Shown: positions 40,097 to 49,057 of the stretch, one piece after another
How positions within the stretch are numbered: the stretch's first letter is position 1
Layout of the letters: every line of letters starts with the position of its first letter
IMG/VR virus record: IMGVR_UViG_3300005253_001115
Span: 202,641-266,640 of that record
Reading direction: 5' to 3' (one strand)
Length of the DNA: 64,000 nt
The notes under the pieces: model-generated
Seen by the model: only the letters and a program-made list of their open reading frames with translations
The model's database searches: none
What the model was told of the DNA's origin: nothing
Made by a program: the position numbers and the translations under genes

Positions 40097-40900
40097 ATGT
40101 TACTATCATTGCCTTTTGAAGAGATAATTGCACGGTACCAGAAAGGAGAATCCCAAGCACAACTTGCTAATAGCTTTAGTGTAGACCGGCGAACTATTAG
40201 GAGAAGGCTGGTTAAAGCTGATATACCTCTTAGGTCTGGTGGAGAGGCTTCCAAGGTCCAAAAAAACAAAGCCTTTACTGCATCCACTGTGGTAAACGAA
40301 TTGGTCGATGGAATGTTATTAGGTGATGCTTGGATAGAGCAAGGACAAGACAACGCTCGCCTTGGTATTGAAGTGACCAAAAAATCCGAAGGGTGGATAG
40401 AACAGATATCTGATATCCTCACAGCGCACGAGGTCAAGCATTCCATAGGGTATAGAAAACCCAGAGAAAAAATAATAAACGGCATTCATACCCGATCAAA
40501 GGAAAGCGTTATGCTTAGGACCAGTCTATATCCTAATTTTGCTGTCCAAAGACTACGGTGGTATCCAGAAGGTACAAAAATAGTGCCCAGAGATTTAGAA
40601 CTTACTGCAAGTAGTATAGCTCATTGGTATTGGGGTGACGGATCAACCAGCAAGTATATGGTCCGTCTATACACGAACAATTTCTTAGAAAAAGACTGTG
40701 AATTCCTAGTAAGCTGTCTGTTGGAGTTCGGAGTAAGTTTTTCAATAAGCAAAAGTCGCAAAAATCCTGTTCTTAGTCTGTACAACAATTCTGAAAGAGA
40801 AAGGTTTCTGGACCTAGTTCGGGACCACGTTCCAGAATGTTTCGAATACAAAGTACAAAAACCTGTAATAGTGAGAAGAAGCAAGCCTACTCTTTTTTGA
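40097..40900 (+). CDS. LAGLIDADG homing endonuclease with N-terminal HTH
   Basis: GMLLGDAWI and IAHWYWGDGS; SD AAAGGA before ATG 40097. Confidence 0.8.
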   Translation: MLLSLPFEEIIARYQKGESQAQLANSFSVDRRTIRRRLVKADIPLRSGGEASKVQKNKAFTASTVVNELVDGMLLGDAWIEQGQDNARLGIEVTKKSEGWIEQISDILTAHEVKHSIGYRKPREKIINGIHTRSKESVMLRTSLYPNFAVQRLRWYPEGTKIVPRDLELTASSIAHWYWGDGSTSKYMVRLYTNNFLEKDCEFLVSCLLEFGVSFSISKSRKNPVLSLYNNSERERFLDLVRDHVPECFEYKVQKPVIVRRSKPTLF

Positions 40901-40906
40901 AAATTC

Positions 40907-41340
40907 CTGCGCCGTAGACACCATAGTACCGGATTACACTGTCATGTTGGTCTACGGCGCAGAACGAGGCACGGCATTCTCCTTTTGGATTACACTGCTA
41001 TGTAGGACGTTCCTCTTTGAAAATTCCTGCGCCGCAGACATCATAATGTCGGGTTACATCACCGAGTCGGTCTGCGGCGCAAGTTAAAATGTAGTAGACA
41101 CGGCAAGACCACTCGGGCTACAACTTCAACACGGCCGTGTCTACTGTGTTAGAAAAGGAGGCGCGACATTCTCCTTTTGGGTTACACTGCTATGTGGGCC
41201 GTGCCTCTTTGAAAATTCCTGCGCTGCATGGCACGGCTCTGGGGGGTTACAACATCGCTAAGGCCACACAGCGCAGGTTAAAATGTAGTAGACACGGCAT
41301 ATCCCAAACGGGTTACAACATTCTGCTGGCCGTGTCTACT
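40907..41340 (-). repeat. TIGR-like stem-loop guide array, block 1 (7 units)
   Basis: Units at 40907-40962, 40966-41015, 41028-41081, 41093-41145, 41158-41207, 41218-41277 and 41287-41340. Each is a 9-14 bp stem enclosing CCN-N9-TGTAA(C/T)CCN-N9-TG. Confidence 0.88.
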
Positions 41341-41349
41341 TTCGTTAGA

Positions 41350-42174
41350 TCAATCCGATACCTTCCGCCACTGCTTCCACAGTTCCCGCAGGATGCGCTT
41401 CGACAGGAGCCTACGCTGGTGTAGGAAGATGTGGCCCGTTGTCCAGTCAGGGTGTGCAGCAGCAGCTTTGGCCTTCACTCCCTCAGAATATTGGTAGAAT
41501 TCATTGTTGGTCTTCTTGCCGTTCTGGTGAACAGTACCCTGCACAACGAACATCATGGATCTCCTGCTCGGGTTGTAACCGTGCAGTTTAGCCATTTCAG
41601 TGCCACGTCGAAGGCGCTGGCGAACCATGGGATCTTGCGCATTCTCGGACACCATACCTAGCCCAAAACGCTTCCACAATTTAGCGGGCGTGGCGAAATT
41701 ACGCAAGTCGGCTCCGGCTTCTGCCAATATCCTTCCTACAGCTAGGAGGCTCAGGCCGGGGGTTCCTTTACCGGGGCGACCAACCCACGAAGCGATCGGC
41801 ATACCTGCCACTATGGCAGTGATGTCTTTGTGGTATTGCCTTATTTGGGGGTCGAAGCCCCTGATAGCAGGGACCATAGCGAGCGCCATAATCTCCACTT
41901 TCGCAGCAAATACCTCTATTGGGTCGGTGGAGGTCCGATCAATCTCGTCAGGCTTCACATGCAACATCCACTTTTTGTGGACGGCAGTTGCCAGCGCTCC
42001 GTCTTTTGTGCAGAGAGCGTACTTCTTAACGAAGCACGTCTTACCTTTGCAGTGGTGGTCCTGCACAGCACGCTTGATGACGCCATGTAACTGCTGGTTG
42101 AGGGACTCTCTTGCTCTCTCAAGATTCAGACAATCTCTATGGAGGCCGAGGAGTTTAGTGATTTCGTTGTGCAT
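41350..42174 (-). CDS. Nop-domain / IS110 C-terminal-like RNA-binding protein without nuclease domain (TasA-like)
   Basis: Helical N-terminus, then PGLSLLAVGRILAEAG.DLRNFATPAKLWKRFGL...GYNP...H...RR...KRILRELW; no RuvC/DEDD or HNH domain; flanked on both sides by dual-spacer arrays. Confidence 0.82.
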   Translation of the reverse strand: MHNEITKLLGLHRDCLNLERARESLNQQLHGVIKRAVQDHHCKGKTCFVKKYALCTKDGALATAVHKKWMLHVKPDEIDRTSTDPIEVFAAKVEIMALAMVPAIRGFDPQIRQYHKDITAIVAGMPIASWVGRPGKGTPGLSLLAVGRILAEAGADLRNFATPAKLWKRFGLGMVSENAQDPMVRQRLRRGTEMAKLHGYNPSRRSMMFVVQGTVHQNGKKTNNEFYQYSEGVKAKAAAAHPDWTTGHIFLHQRRLLSKRILRELWKQWRKVSD

Positions 42175-42189
42175 TTTCTAATCCTTGTA

Positions 42190-42512
42190 GGAGCGGCACG
42201 GAATGCTCCAAACGGGTTACACTGCATCTATGTCCGTGCCGCTCCGTAATATAGGGCGGTTGGTCAATGAGATTTCGGGTTACAAATGGGAGTTGGACCA
42301 ACCATCCTGTAAAGTTGGGGCGACGCCGCACAGCGGATTCGGGTTGCATGAGCGCATCGACAGCGTAGCCCCTTTGTAAGTTATGAGCGGCGCGACACTC
42401 TCCCAAAGGGTTGCATCACGGCGGTGGTCGCGCCGCTCTGTTATATTGAGTATTTTAGTGAGGTTGGTCACTCTTCTAGAGGGTTACACCGGTCTTTTGG
42501 ACCAGCCTCACT
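42190..42512 (-). repeat. TIGR-like stem-loop guide array, block 2 (5 units)
   Basis: Units at 42190-42245, 42253-42308, 42317-42372, 42385-42438 and 42457-42512 with the same architecture. Confidence 0.88.
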
Positions 42513-42517
42513 GTGAT

Positions 42518-43099
42518 TTACATGTAAGTCCTCTCGCGTAGTCTCTCGACAAACTCATCCTGAACGACTGAGCCTACCGTGCGCTTGTCTCCGGCGGAGA
42601 CGCCTTCGGCCTGCATCTTGTCTGCAATGGCGAAGAGCATCCGTGCGTCACGTCCGAAGGTGCCAGACTTCTTGTCTCGCATCTGCGCCTCGGTGGTCAC
42701 CTGATCGAACGTAGCAGAGCGCAACTTCACGCCCCCGTGGGTCAGGTAGAATGTGTCCATGTAGAGCGCAGCGACGGTCTCAGCACTTGCTGCGTCGGCT
42801 GCTGCTGTTCTCTTGGACTTGTTTGGCTTGGCGGCTCCGGTTGAGGGTGCCTGGGGCGTGATAGGCAGAACCCGAGACTGCGACCGAAGTCGCTGCACGA
42901 TGTTGTTGATCTGACTGTTGGCGAAGCGCTTCCAGACTTCCGTCTCGATAGCAGACGCCATCGCAGGGCTCAGATTATCAATCTCAGCATCAGCGACAGC
43001 AAGAAAGGCAGCTTTCGCCTTCTCCCAATCTCCGCTGCTTGCTGTCCACGCTGTCTCAGCCCACTTGGCAAAGACCTCTTCTATGTCTACGGAACTCAT
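42518..43099 (-). CDS. Hypothetical protein embedded in the array (candidate accessory gene)
   Basis: 193 aa, SD AAGGA, lies between array blocks 2 and 3. Confidence 0.7.
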   Translation of the reverse strand: MSSVDIEEVFAKWAETAWTASSGDWEKAKAAFLAVADAEIDNLSPAMASAIETEVWKRFANSQINNIVQRLRSQSRVLPITPQAPSTGAAKPNKSKRTAAADAASAETVAALYMDTFYLTHGGVKLRSATFDQVTTEAQMRDKKSGTFGRDARMLFAIADKMQAEGVSAGDKRTVGSVVQDEFVERLRERTYM

Positions 43100-43147
43100 A
43101 CGTTTTCCTTCTTTATCCCCGTGGCAAAATCGCCCGGTGGAAATGTA

Positions 43148-43259
43148 GCGGTCCTGACACCTTGAAAGTGGGTTACAAGTTCTTTATGGTCAGGACCGCC
43201 GTTGAAGTATAGCAGGTCGGTCAGTGGCGACAAGGGTTACAAACACAGAAAGGACCGAC
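43148..43259 (-). repeat. TIGR-like stem-loop guide array, block 3 (2 units)
   Basis: Units at 43148-43199 and 43216-43259. Confidence 0.85.
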
Positions 43260-43291
43260 ACTGAATCCAATGAATAGGTAGCTTTCGAACA

Positions 43292-43747
43292 TCAGCTTTC
43301 AACCTCTTTCTTCTCCAAGTAGAAGAAATCCAGACCCTCAGGTTCTTTCTCTCCTCGAAAGATGAGAGCAGCAGCCCCCATGCAAATATTGTCACCTAGG
43401 ATCTTCTGTACCTTGGCAACCGCTTGCCCAGAAGACACCACATCGTCCACGATAAGGTACTTCTTTTTGCTGAACCCAGGGCCGCGCGTGCGGTTCTCCA
43501 GGGTTAGCACCTTCACTCGTGGCTTGTTGAGTATCCCGGCCACCACGAAGGCAAGCTCGATGCCGCCGATAATCGGGGTGGCGATAAAGTCTATCTCGTC
43601 TCGCAACGTTTCGGGGATCAACTCTGCAAGTTGCTCTGCATACTCTGTCGTAGCTCGGCTGTCGAGTAGATCGAAGTCGTAGTAATACGGAGAACTCCTA
43701 CCAGAGGTAAGTTCGTGGTCTTCTTTGATCCGGCATTCCTCGAACAT
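43292..43747 (-). CDS. pyrE: Orotate phosphoribosyltransferase-like protein
   Basis: LTSGRSSPYYYD and PRPP motif LIVDDVVSSG. Confidence 0.8.
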   Translation of the reverse strand: MFEECRIKEDHELTSGRSSPYYYDFDLLDSRATTEYAEQLAELIPETLRDEIDFIATPIIGGIELAFVVAGILNKPRVKVLTLENRTRGPGFSKKKYLIVDDVVSSGQAVAKVQKILGDNICMGAAALIFRGEKEPEGLDFFYLEKKEVES

Positions 43748-44414
43748 GCTGCCTACACCTTACGTATTTTCGATCCCTTTCGAGATGACCTTGTAAATTG
43801 TGTGTGGAGCATACGTTACCTTAGTTCCATCTGCAAGGGTGTGGGTATACCCTCGACGGATGATGGACGAAACCTTGCAATCAACCAGAATCTCGGCTGC
43901 TGTTTCCCACCGGTCATTCATGTTGGTCGAGTAAGACAGCGGCAGTTTGAAGACCTGAAGCGGTCTGGGAATTCCTTGGGCGGTACCTTCGCTCGTGACG
44001 AATACCGTCACGAGGTAGTCCGTCTTCGTGAGAGTCGGAGGGCTCAAGATACCGAGCCGAACTAGAATATGCCTAAACATCACTTTCTCCTTTCGTTCCA
44101 ACGGAACGGATTTGGTTTGACCGTCGGAGCCGCGATCGAATGCTACAAACAAGGGTGATAATCGCGTAGGCCAATACGATTAGCGCGAATATCGTTGTTT
44201 TCATGCTGGTCTCCTGGGCGAATCGCTAGTCCGAATCACAGCGCAAGCTGGAAGTAACAACTACGATGTTGTTACGGGATTCTTCCCGGTCGTAGTCGTC
44301 CACATCCCGGTCTCCCGGTGAAAAGTATTTACGCAAGCACTCAGCTTCCGTTCCCTCTGTGCAAATGATACTTTCGTTTGCACCGCTGTATACTATCAGT
44401 CCCATTTTGTCTCC

Positions 44415-44603
44415 TTAGGTGACAGGTGTAGTTTCCTCTTCGGCAGCCAGCCTCATAGCTTTAGCCTTTTTTTGAGCTTCTATGGCTTGCCTTCGACCGG
44501 ACTTTTTTAGCTCTGCTGGATAAGCATGGCCATAACAGATGATACGGTTGGGAATTGCCTCTGCCTTGCACCCCTTGACTTCGCAGGTTTTCCAAATTGC
44601 CAT
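44415..44603 (-). CDS. Small Cys/His protein with RRQAIEAQK motif
   Basis: CEVKGC...CYGH; SD GGAG. Confidence 0.55.
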   Translation of the reverse strand: MAIWKTCEVKGCKAEAIPNRIICYGHAYPAELKKSGRRQAIEAQKKAKAMRLAAEEETTPVT

Positions 44604-44790
44604 GTCGCTTCTCCAGCGGGTAGATGCCTATTCCATGTCTCCTTCAACTTCAACCAGCTTTCGGTCTGTGTACTTGCCTCGAACTTTATTTACCTTGTCG
44701 GTCGCTTCGGCGATTTCTCTAGCCTCTTCGTCAGACAGGTCGTGATCCAGCACGAGCCTCTTCGCGGAGAACACAATTCTTTCGAATAGG

Positions 44791-45027
44791 TCAAGGACTT
44801 TCATTTTTACGCTCCTTCTGAGCCATTATCGCCTGACGGCGACTGCTCATCCGTGGTTCCTCCTTAGCCTCCTTGAGAGCGTGCCCGCGATACGCAAGGT
44901 CACCGATCCATCCACTCGGGTTGTCTATATAGTGATACTCCCCGCGCAGGGGCTTACTGTCGTCGGCGACGTACACTGCACCTAACTTGCGCAGTAACAG
45001 GTTGCTGTCCTCTAGTTTAGCAGCCAT
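44791..45027 (-). CDS. Hypothetical protein with C-terminal RRQAIMAQK motif
   Basis: Start reassigned to ATG 45027. Confidence 0.5.
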   Translation of the reverse strand: MAAKLEDSNLLLRKLGAVYVADDSKPLRGEYHYIDNPSGWIGDLAYRGHALKEAKEEPRMSSRRQAIMAQKERKNESP

Positions 45028-45608
45028 GCCAAACCCACACAGAGGGCACCCAAAGCCGCCCCTGCCGAGAAACCGACGAGGAGCGCTGCCCGCAATGCCT
45101 TCTGCATCCGCCCTACAACCTGAGCAGCGTGCTGCACCTTGGCAACCGTGACGCAATGCTGGGCAGGCTCCCAATCGAGAACCATCTGGTTGATGCACTC
45201 GATCGGAACACCGTGGGTGTTTCGCTGAGCGGCAACAATAGTCGCAGGGTGGGGGAGTTCCACAATAACTACGCGGTAACCCTCAGCCTCAGCAGCCTTT
45301 ATGTACGGGTGGTACTGTTCGGTCTTGACGTTCGTGTTGTCCACAATCACGCAAGGCTTCCCAGCGGCGCACGAGTCCTTGAAGTTCTGGAGGTTCTGGG
45401 CGTGCCGCTCCCCAGCCAGAGCCACATCGAACTTGTACTCGCCATCGACCATGCACAGATCGTCGGTCGAGTGGATCGCTGCGTCAGTCAACCGCCGACT
45501 GCCGTCCCTGCTCGTCTTACCGGGGAAACAGCCCCGGGCGATCATTTTGGCAACAGTGGATTTCCCAGAGCCCGGAATACCTCTCATTATGAATGCGAAT
45601 TTTTTCAT
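45012..45608 (-). CDS. N4BP2-like P-loop (polynucleotide) kinase with C-terminal hydrophobic anchor
   Basis: MRGIPGSGKST, VIVDNTN, RNTHGVP; promoter motif 10 nt upstream of ATG 45608. Confidence 0.75.
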   Translation of the reverse strand: MKKFAFIMRGIPGSGKSTVAKMIARGCFPGKTSRDGSRRLTDAAIHSTDDLCMVDGEYKFDVALAGERHAQNLQNFKDSCAAGKPCVIVDNTNVKTEQYHPYIKAAEAEGYRVVIVELPHPATIVAAQRNTHGVPIECINQMVLDWEPAQHCVTVAKVQHAAQVVGRMQKALRAALLVGFSAGAALGALCVGLAWLLN

Positions 45609-45618
45609 ACTTTCCTCA

Positions 45619-45643
45619 TCGGTCACCTAGCGCAGAACATTAG
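45619..45643 (-). promoter_or_regulatory. Sigma28-like promoter (CTAATG-N15-CCGA-N10-ATG)
   Basis: Repeated motif. Confidence 0.55.
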
Positions 45644-45914
45644 CTTTTTATATCCCTGGCTTATTCGGTCTTTGGTTCCGGCTTCCAGTCCCCGTCGGCG
45701 TCCAAGTGTTCCGGGGGCCAACCCTGCATCGTCACCTTTATTGTTCTGAGGATTCGGTTGGGCAACACGAAGAAAATCGTCCGTAGGAACTGAAAAGTGC
45801 ATAAAATCAGGAAGATAAGTCCCCAAAATGCGGTCCAGCCGAAAAATATCCAGTGTTCTCTACCCCACTCAACGAACGCCAGTAATACCTGATCCATATT
45901 TTATGCCAATTCCT

Positions 45915-46898
45915 TTAGATCGTTTCTCTGAAAAGCGAGGAGATGCTCTCTTCGTTGTTGGTGCGGCGAATTGCCTCACCCATTAGAGGTGCGATGCTTA
46001 CTACCTGCACCTTGTTGTAACCGTCGTTCTCGGCGTTACGCGGGATTGGGTCTCGGGCAATCAAAGCCACTGTATCGGTGGTGAGCAGCTTCGTGAGCCC
46101 CTTCGTGTTGCCCATAGTCTTGTAGGCGTTCCCCGAGAGAACCGGGTGTGTGATGGCCGCAATGGCGCTCGTTGCGCCCTGCTCCATCAGGGCATCGACG
46201 CCCTTGCACAAGGTACCGGCAGTGTCGATCATATCGTCAACAATCACGCAGACTTGACCCTCCACATCGCCTACGATATTCATGACTTCGTTCTCGTTGG
46301 AGCGAGCACGCCGCTTGTCGATGATGGCGATCGGTGCCTCAAGCCTCTTGGCGTAAGCCCGTGCCCTCTCTGTACCACCAGCATCCGGCGATATGATAGT
46401 GAAGGGGGTGAGTCCCACTTCCTTGCGGACAGATTCCAATAGAACAGGCTTGGCGTACAGGTTGTCTACCGGGCAATCGAAGAACGCCTGGATCTGCCCG
46501 GCATGCAGGTCCATGCACATTACACGGTCTGCGCCAGCCCTGTCGATCAGGGACGCTACCAGCTTGGAAGTGATGGGCATTCGAGCAGCGTTCTGCTGGT
46601 CCTGGCGAGAGTACCCGAAGTACGGGATGACTGCTGTGATGCGACCAGCAGAGGACCGACGCAAGGCGTCGATCATAATGAGCAGTTCCATCAGGTTCCG
46701 GTTGGTGTGGGGCGGGCAAGTCGGTTGGACGATGAAACAATCAGCGCCTCTTACGTTCTCCCCGATTGCTACCTTGATCTCACCGTCGCTGAAACGATCT
46801 ACCTCGGCCTTGCCTAGAGGGCGGTCCAGATAATCAGCCACGTCGTGGGCTAGCTGGGGGTTGGCGTTTCCAGTGAATACCCGGATATCACCCTTCAT
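45915..46898 (-). CDS. prs: Ribose-phosphate pyrophosphokinase
   Basis: FSDGE, LMELLIMIDAL, PYFGYSRQD, DLHAGQIQ, SPDAGG, IVDDMIDTAGT. Confidence 0.93.
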   Translation of the reverse strand: MKGDIRVFTGNANPQLAHDVADYLDRPLGKAEVDRFSDGEIKVAIGENVRGADCFIVQPTCPPHTNRNLMELLIMIDALRRSSAGRITAVIPYFGYSRQDQQNAARMPITSKLVASLIDRAGADRVMCMDLHAGQIQAFFDCPVDNLYAKPVLLESVRKEVGLTPFTIISPDAGGTERARAYAKRLEAPIAIIDKRRARSNENEVMNIVGDVEGQVCVIVDDMIDTAGTLCKGVDALMEQGATSAIAAITHPVLSGNAYKTMGNTKGLTKLLTTDTVALIARDPIPRNAENDGYNKVQVVSIAPLMGEAIRRTNNEESISSLFRETI

Positions 46899-47924
46899 TC
46901 CTCGCTCCTTCATTTGTTGTACCATATGACGTGGGTGAATTCACCCCGGTTTTTTCCTTGCTTGAAGTCCGATGGGAGGAACTCGATACTGGTTTTGTGG
47001 GTGGCGGTTGCATAGTACGCAATACCGTCACTATCGATGATGGCCCCGCTCTCCAGTATAGAGGAAAACTCCTCTTTAGTAAAGTGATCCCCAAAGTCAG
47101 GCAGAGGGCTGAGGGTGAAGTTGTCGTCACTCATTCGTCAATCTCCATTTTCGTGATGGTGTAATAGATGCCTAGGGGACTACCTTCACAATAGATCTCG
47201 CACCACAACTCAGTTTCCCCCTCGTCTCGGGGCTCGTGGACACAGAATGTGTACCCCGGTTCGCTCCAGCTTTCTTTGGAGTCAGCTACCGCTGCTAAAA
47301 CTGCCCTGAAGAAGTCAGAGTAGACTCCCGTGTAGCTGGCATCGTTGCAGTCCTCAAAGAACTGTCTTACGACATAGACTTCGGGCATACTTCATCCTCT
47401 TCGTGGTCGCAGTCCGAGTGCTCACATTCGTACTCGTGGTCCACGTCGTAGTCGGTGTCGATGTGGGTATCGCAGTTGTGGCAGTAGATTACACTCATCC
47501 TTTATCCTTTCGCTGGAGGTAGGCGTGCTCGTCGAATGGTACATCACTCAGCACCCTATCGTCAATGGCAACAATCGTTCCAGTCTTCATGTCAATGTGG
47601 AATTTCACCTCGTAGAGTGCGCCCACGAGACGCCTCCACAGCACCTCAAAGCGGGGATCATCGTCGTCGATGTTGAAACCGTACAGCTTGTCCGCTGCGC
47701 TCTCTTTGGAGCCGTGCAGGCAGGTTGTAATGATGAGCGGGAATTCTTCCATGTTGTCTTCGATTTGCTCATCAATTGCCGCCTTGGCTTCCTCTTTGGA
47801 GGCGGCATAACCCCAACGGTTGTCGCCTGCCCCGTCGAAGTCCTCGTGAGCAAAACCCCAGTCCATGGCGCGGCACGGTATAGGCTTCGCCCAATAGTAG
47901 ATCCGGTAGCCCCTGTATTCGGTT

Positions 47925-48560
47925 TTACCAGCCATTTGATCGTTCCCTTCGTCGGTGATACTTGAGAAGTTCCTTGCCCCAGCTTCCCTGCCAGTCGCAA
48001 CGCCGCCCGTAGCGGCGGTGCAGGGTCGCCATTTCTTTCAGGTTGTCAGTACACAGACTTAACCATAGATCGTGCCAGACCACCGTGTACCGGACGCCCT
48101 TCGGGGGCTTGAACTCGTAGGCATCGGCCTCGATGATCTCGATCTTGCTGCCGAACTTCTCGGTCAGGCTAGGGCCGACGAGGGCGATGACCTCGGGCGA
48201 CTTCTCGATGATAGTCACCTTCGTGACATTCTCCAGAGCGGCTATGGCTCCGGCCACCATCCCGATGCCCAGTCCGTTGATGAGGACGTGTCCGCCGATC
48301 CGCTTGGCCTCGTAAATCGGGCTCAGGTGGTCCTTTATCTCGTCAGGGGTGTCGGACATCCACATGGAGCCGAAGTGGTAGAGCATCGTGTAGCGCCCAG
48401 CAGGCACAAACCGCCCCATACTCGACGGGTTACAGGCTCTCATGCGACCGCCCTTCTCATCCTCGTCTGAGACGATGATGTGCTCGATCTTCCAGTCGCC
48501 AATCGCAGCTTCCGGGACGTTCACCTTGTACTTGTCGTACCAGTGGATTCTGTCAGTCAT
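47925..48560 (-). CDS. Spermidine-synthase-like SAM methyltransferase
   Basis: WMSDTP.E, VLINGLGIG, IIEKS, EADA, WHDLW. Confidence 0.75.
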   Translation of the reverse strand: MTDRIHWYDKYKVNVPEAAIGDWKIEHIIVSDEDEKGGRMRACNPSSMGRFVPAGRYTMLYHFGSMWMSDTPDEIKDHLSPIYEAKRIGGHVLINGLGIGMVAGAIAALENVTKVTIIEKSPEVIALVGPSLTEKFGSKIEIIEADAYEFKPPKGVRYTVVWHDLWLSLCTDNLKEMATLHRRYGRRCDWQGSWGKELLKYHRRRERSNGW

Positions 48561-48570
48561 GCCTTCCTAT

Positions 48571-48595
48571 TCGGTCAGGGGCAGGAGAACTTGAG
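48571..48595 (-). promoter_or_regulatory. Sigma28-like promoter (CTCAAG-N15-CCGA-N10-ATG)
   Basis: Repeated motif. Confidence 0.7.
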
Positions 48596-48610
48596 AGTTA
48601 TCTCTCCAAT

Positions 48611-49057
48611 ATGGACCTCGCATATCAGCTTTTGTGGAAGACACAGGCAATTGGGGAGGCTAACGACCTCTCCTGCCACGAGCTTATGCACACTTTGAAC
48701 CACGGCAGGTTTGCGCTGATCGCTGGAGGTGCAAATTTCGAGCAACTTCGTGCCCAACTCGATGGGGCTGGCTACAGAATAACCCCAGCCGTAGGTAGCT
48801 ACGGCGGTGGCGAAGAGAAGATGTTTATGGTTCACGATCCCAACGAGAAGGATATGCTGGCCTTAGCTGAACGGTACAAGCAACAATCGGTGATGCTGGC
48901 GGACAAGGGTCGAACCAAACTGATTGTCACAAACGGACCCCACAAGGGGCGTACCAGGGCTGGTCGCGGATGGAGCATAGCAACGGGACAAGACGGCAAT
49001 TTTACACAAATAGAGACTTCGGATGGGGAGACCGTCCGCTTCAGGCTCGACTTTTGA
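48611..49057 (+). CDS. Hypothetical protein, possible phage SAM lyase-like fold
   Basis: GSYGGGEEK.F.V...LAERYKQQSVM resembles the G.Y..E...LA..(Y/F).Q..(I/V) pattern. Confidence 0.4.
   Translation: MDLAYQLLWKTQAIGEANDLSCHELMHTLNHGRFALIAGGANFEQLRAQLDGAGYRITPAVGSYGGGEEKMFMVHDPNEKDMLALAERYKQQSVMLADKGRTKLIVTNGPHKGRTRAGRGWSIATGQDGNFTQIETSDGETVRFRLDF

Noticed and set aside
40097-40900. LAGLIDADG gene as the nuclease of the TIGR-like system or as an intron ORF
   Set aside because: It is on the opposite strand, no intron structure or split host gene is seen, and it looks like a free-standing homing endonuclease.
41350-42174. IS110 transposase / insertion sequence
   Set aside because: It lacks the N-terminal DEDD RuvC-like domain and the catalytic SG motif, and it is flanked by multi-unit arrays rather than one bridge RNA.
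40907-43259. CRISPR array
   Set aside because: There is no constant 25-40 bp repeat, the variable parts are two 9-nt segments inside unit-specific stems, and no cas genes are adjacent.
40907-43259. Integron attC sites, REP elements or clustered terminators
   Set aside because: There are no cassettes between most units, no integrase and no consistent U-tracts; the fixed-length internal loop with conserved boxes does not fit these elements.
45915-46898. NARP1 NAD-reconstitution ADPR-PP synthetase
   Set aside because: The sequence looks like canonical bacterial Prs and no Nampt-like partner is present in the window.
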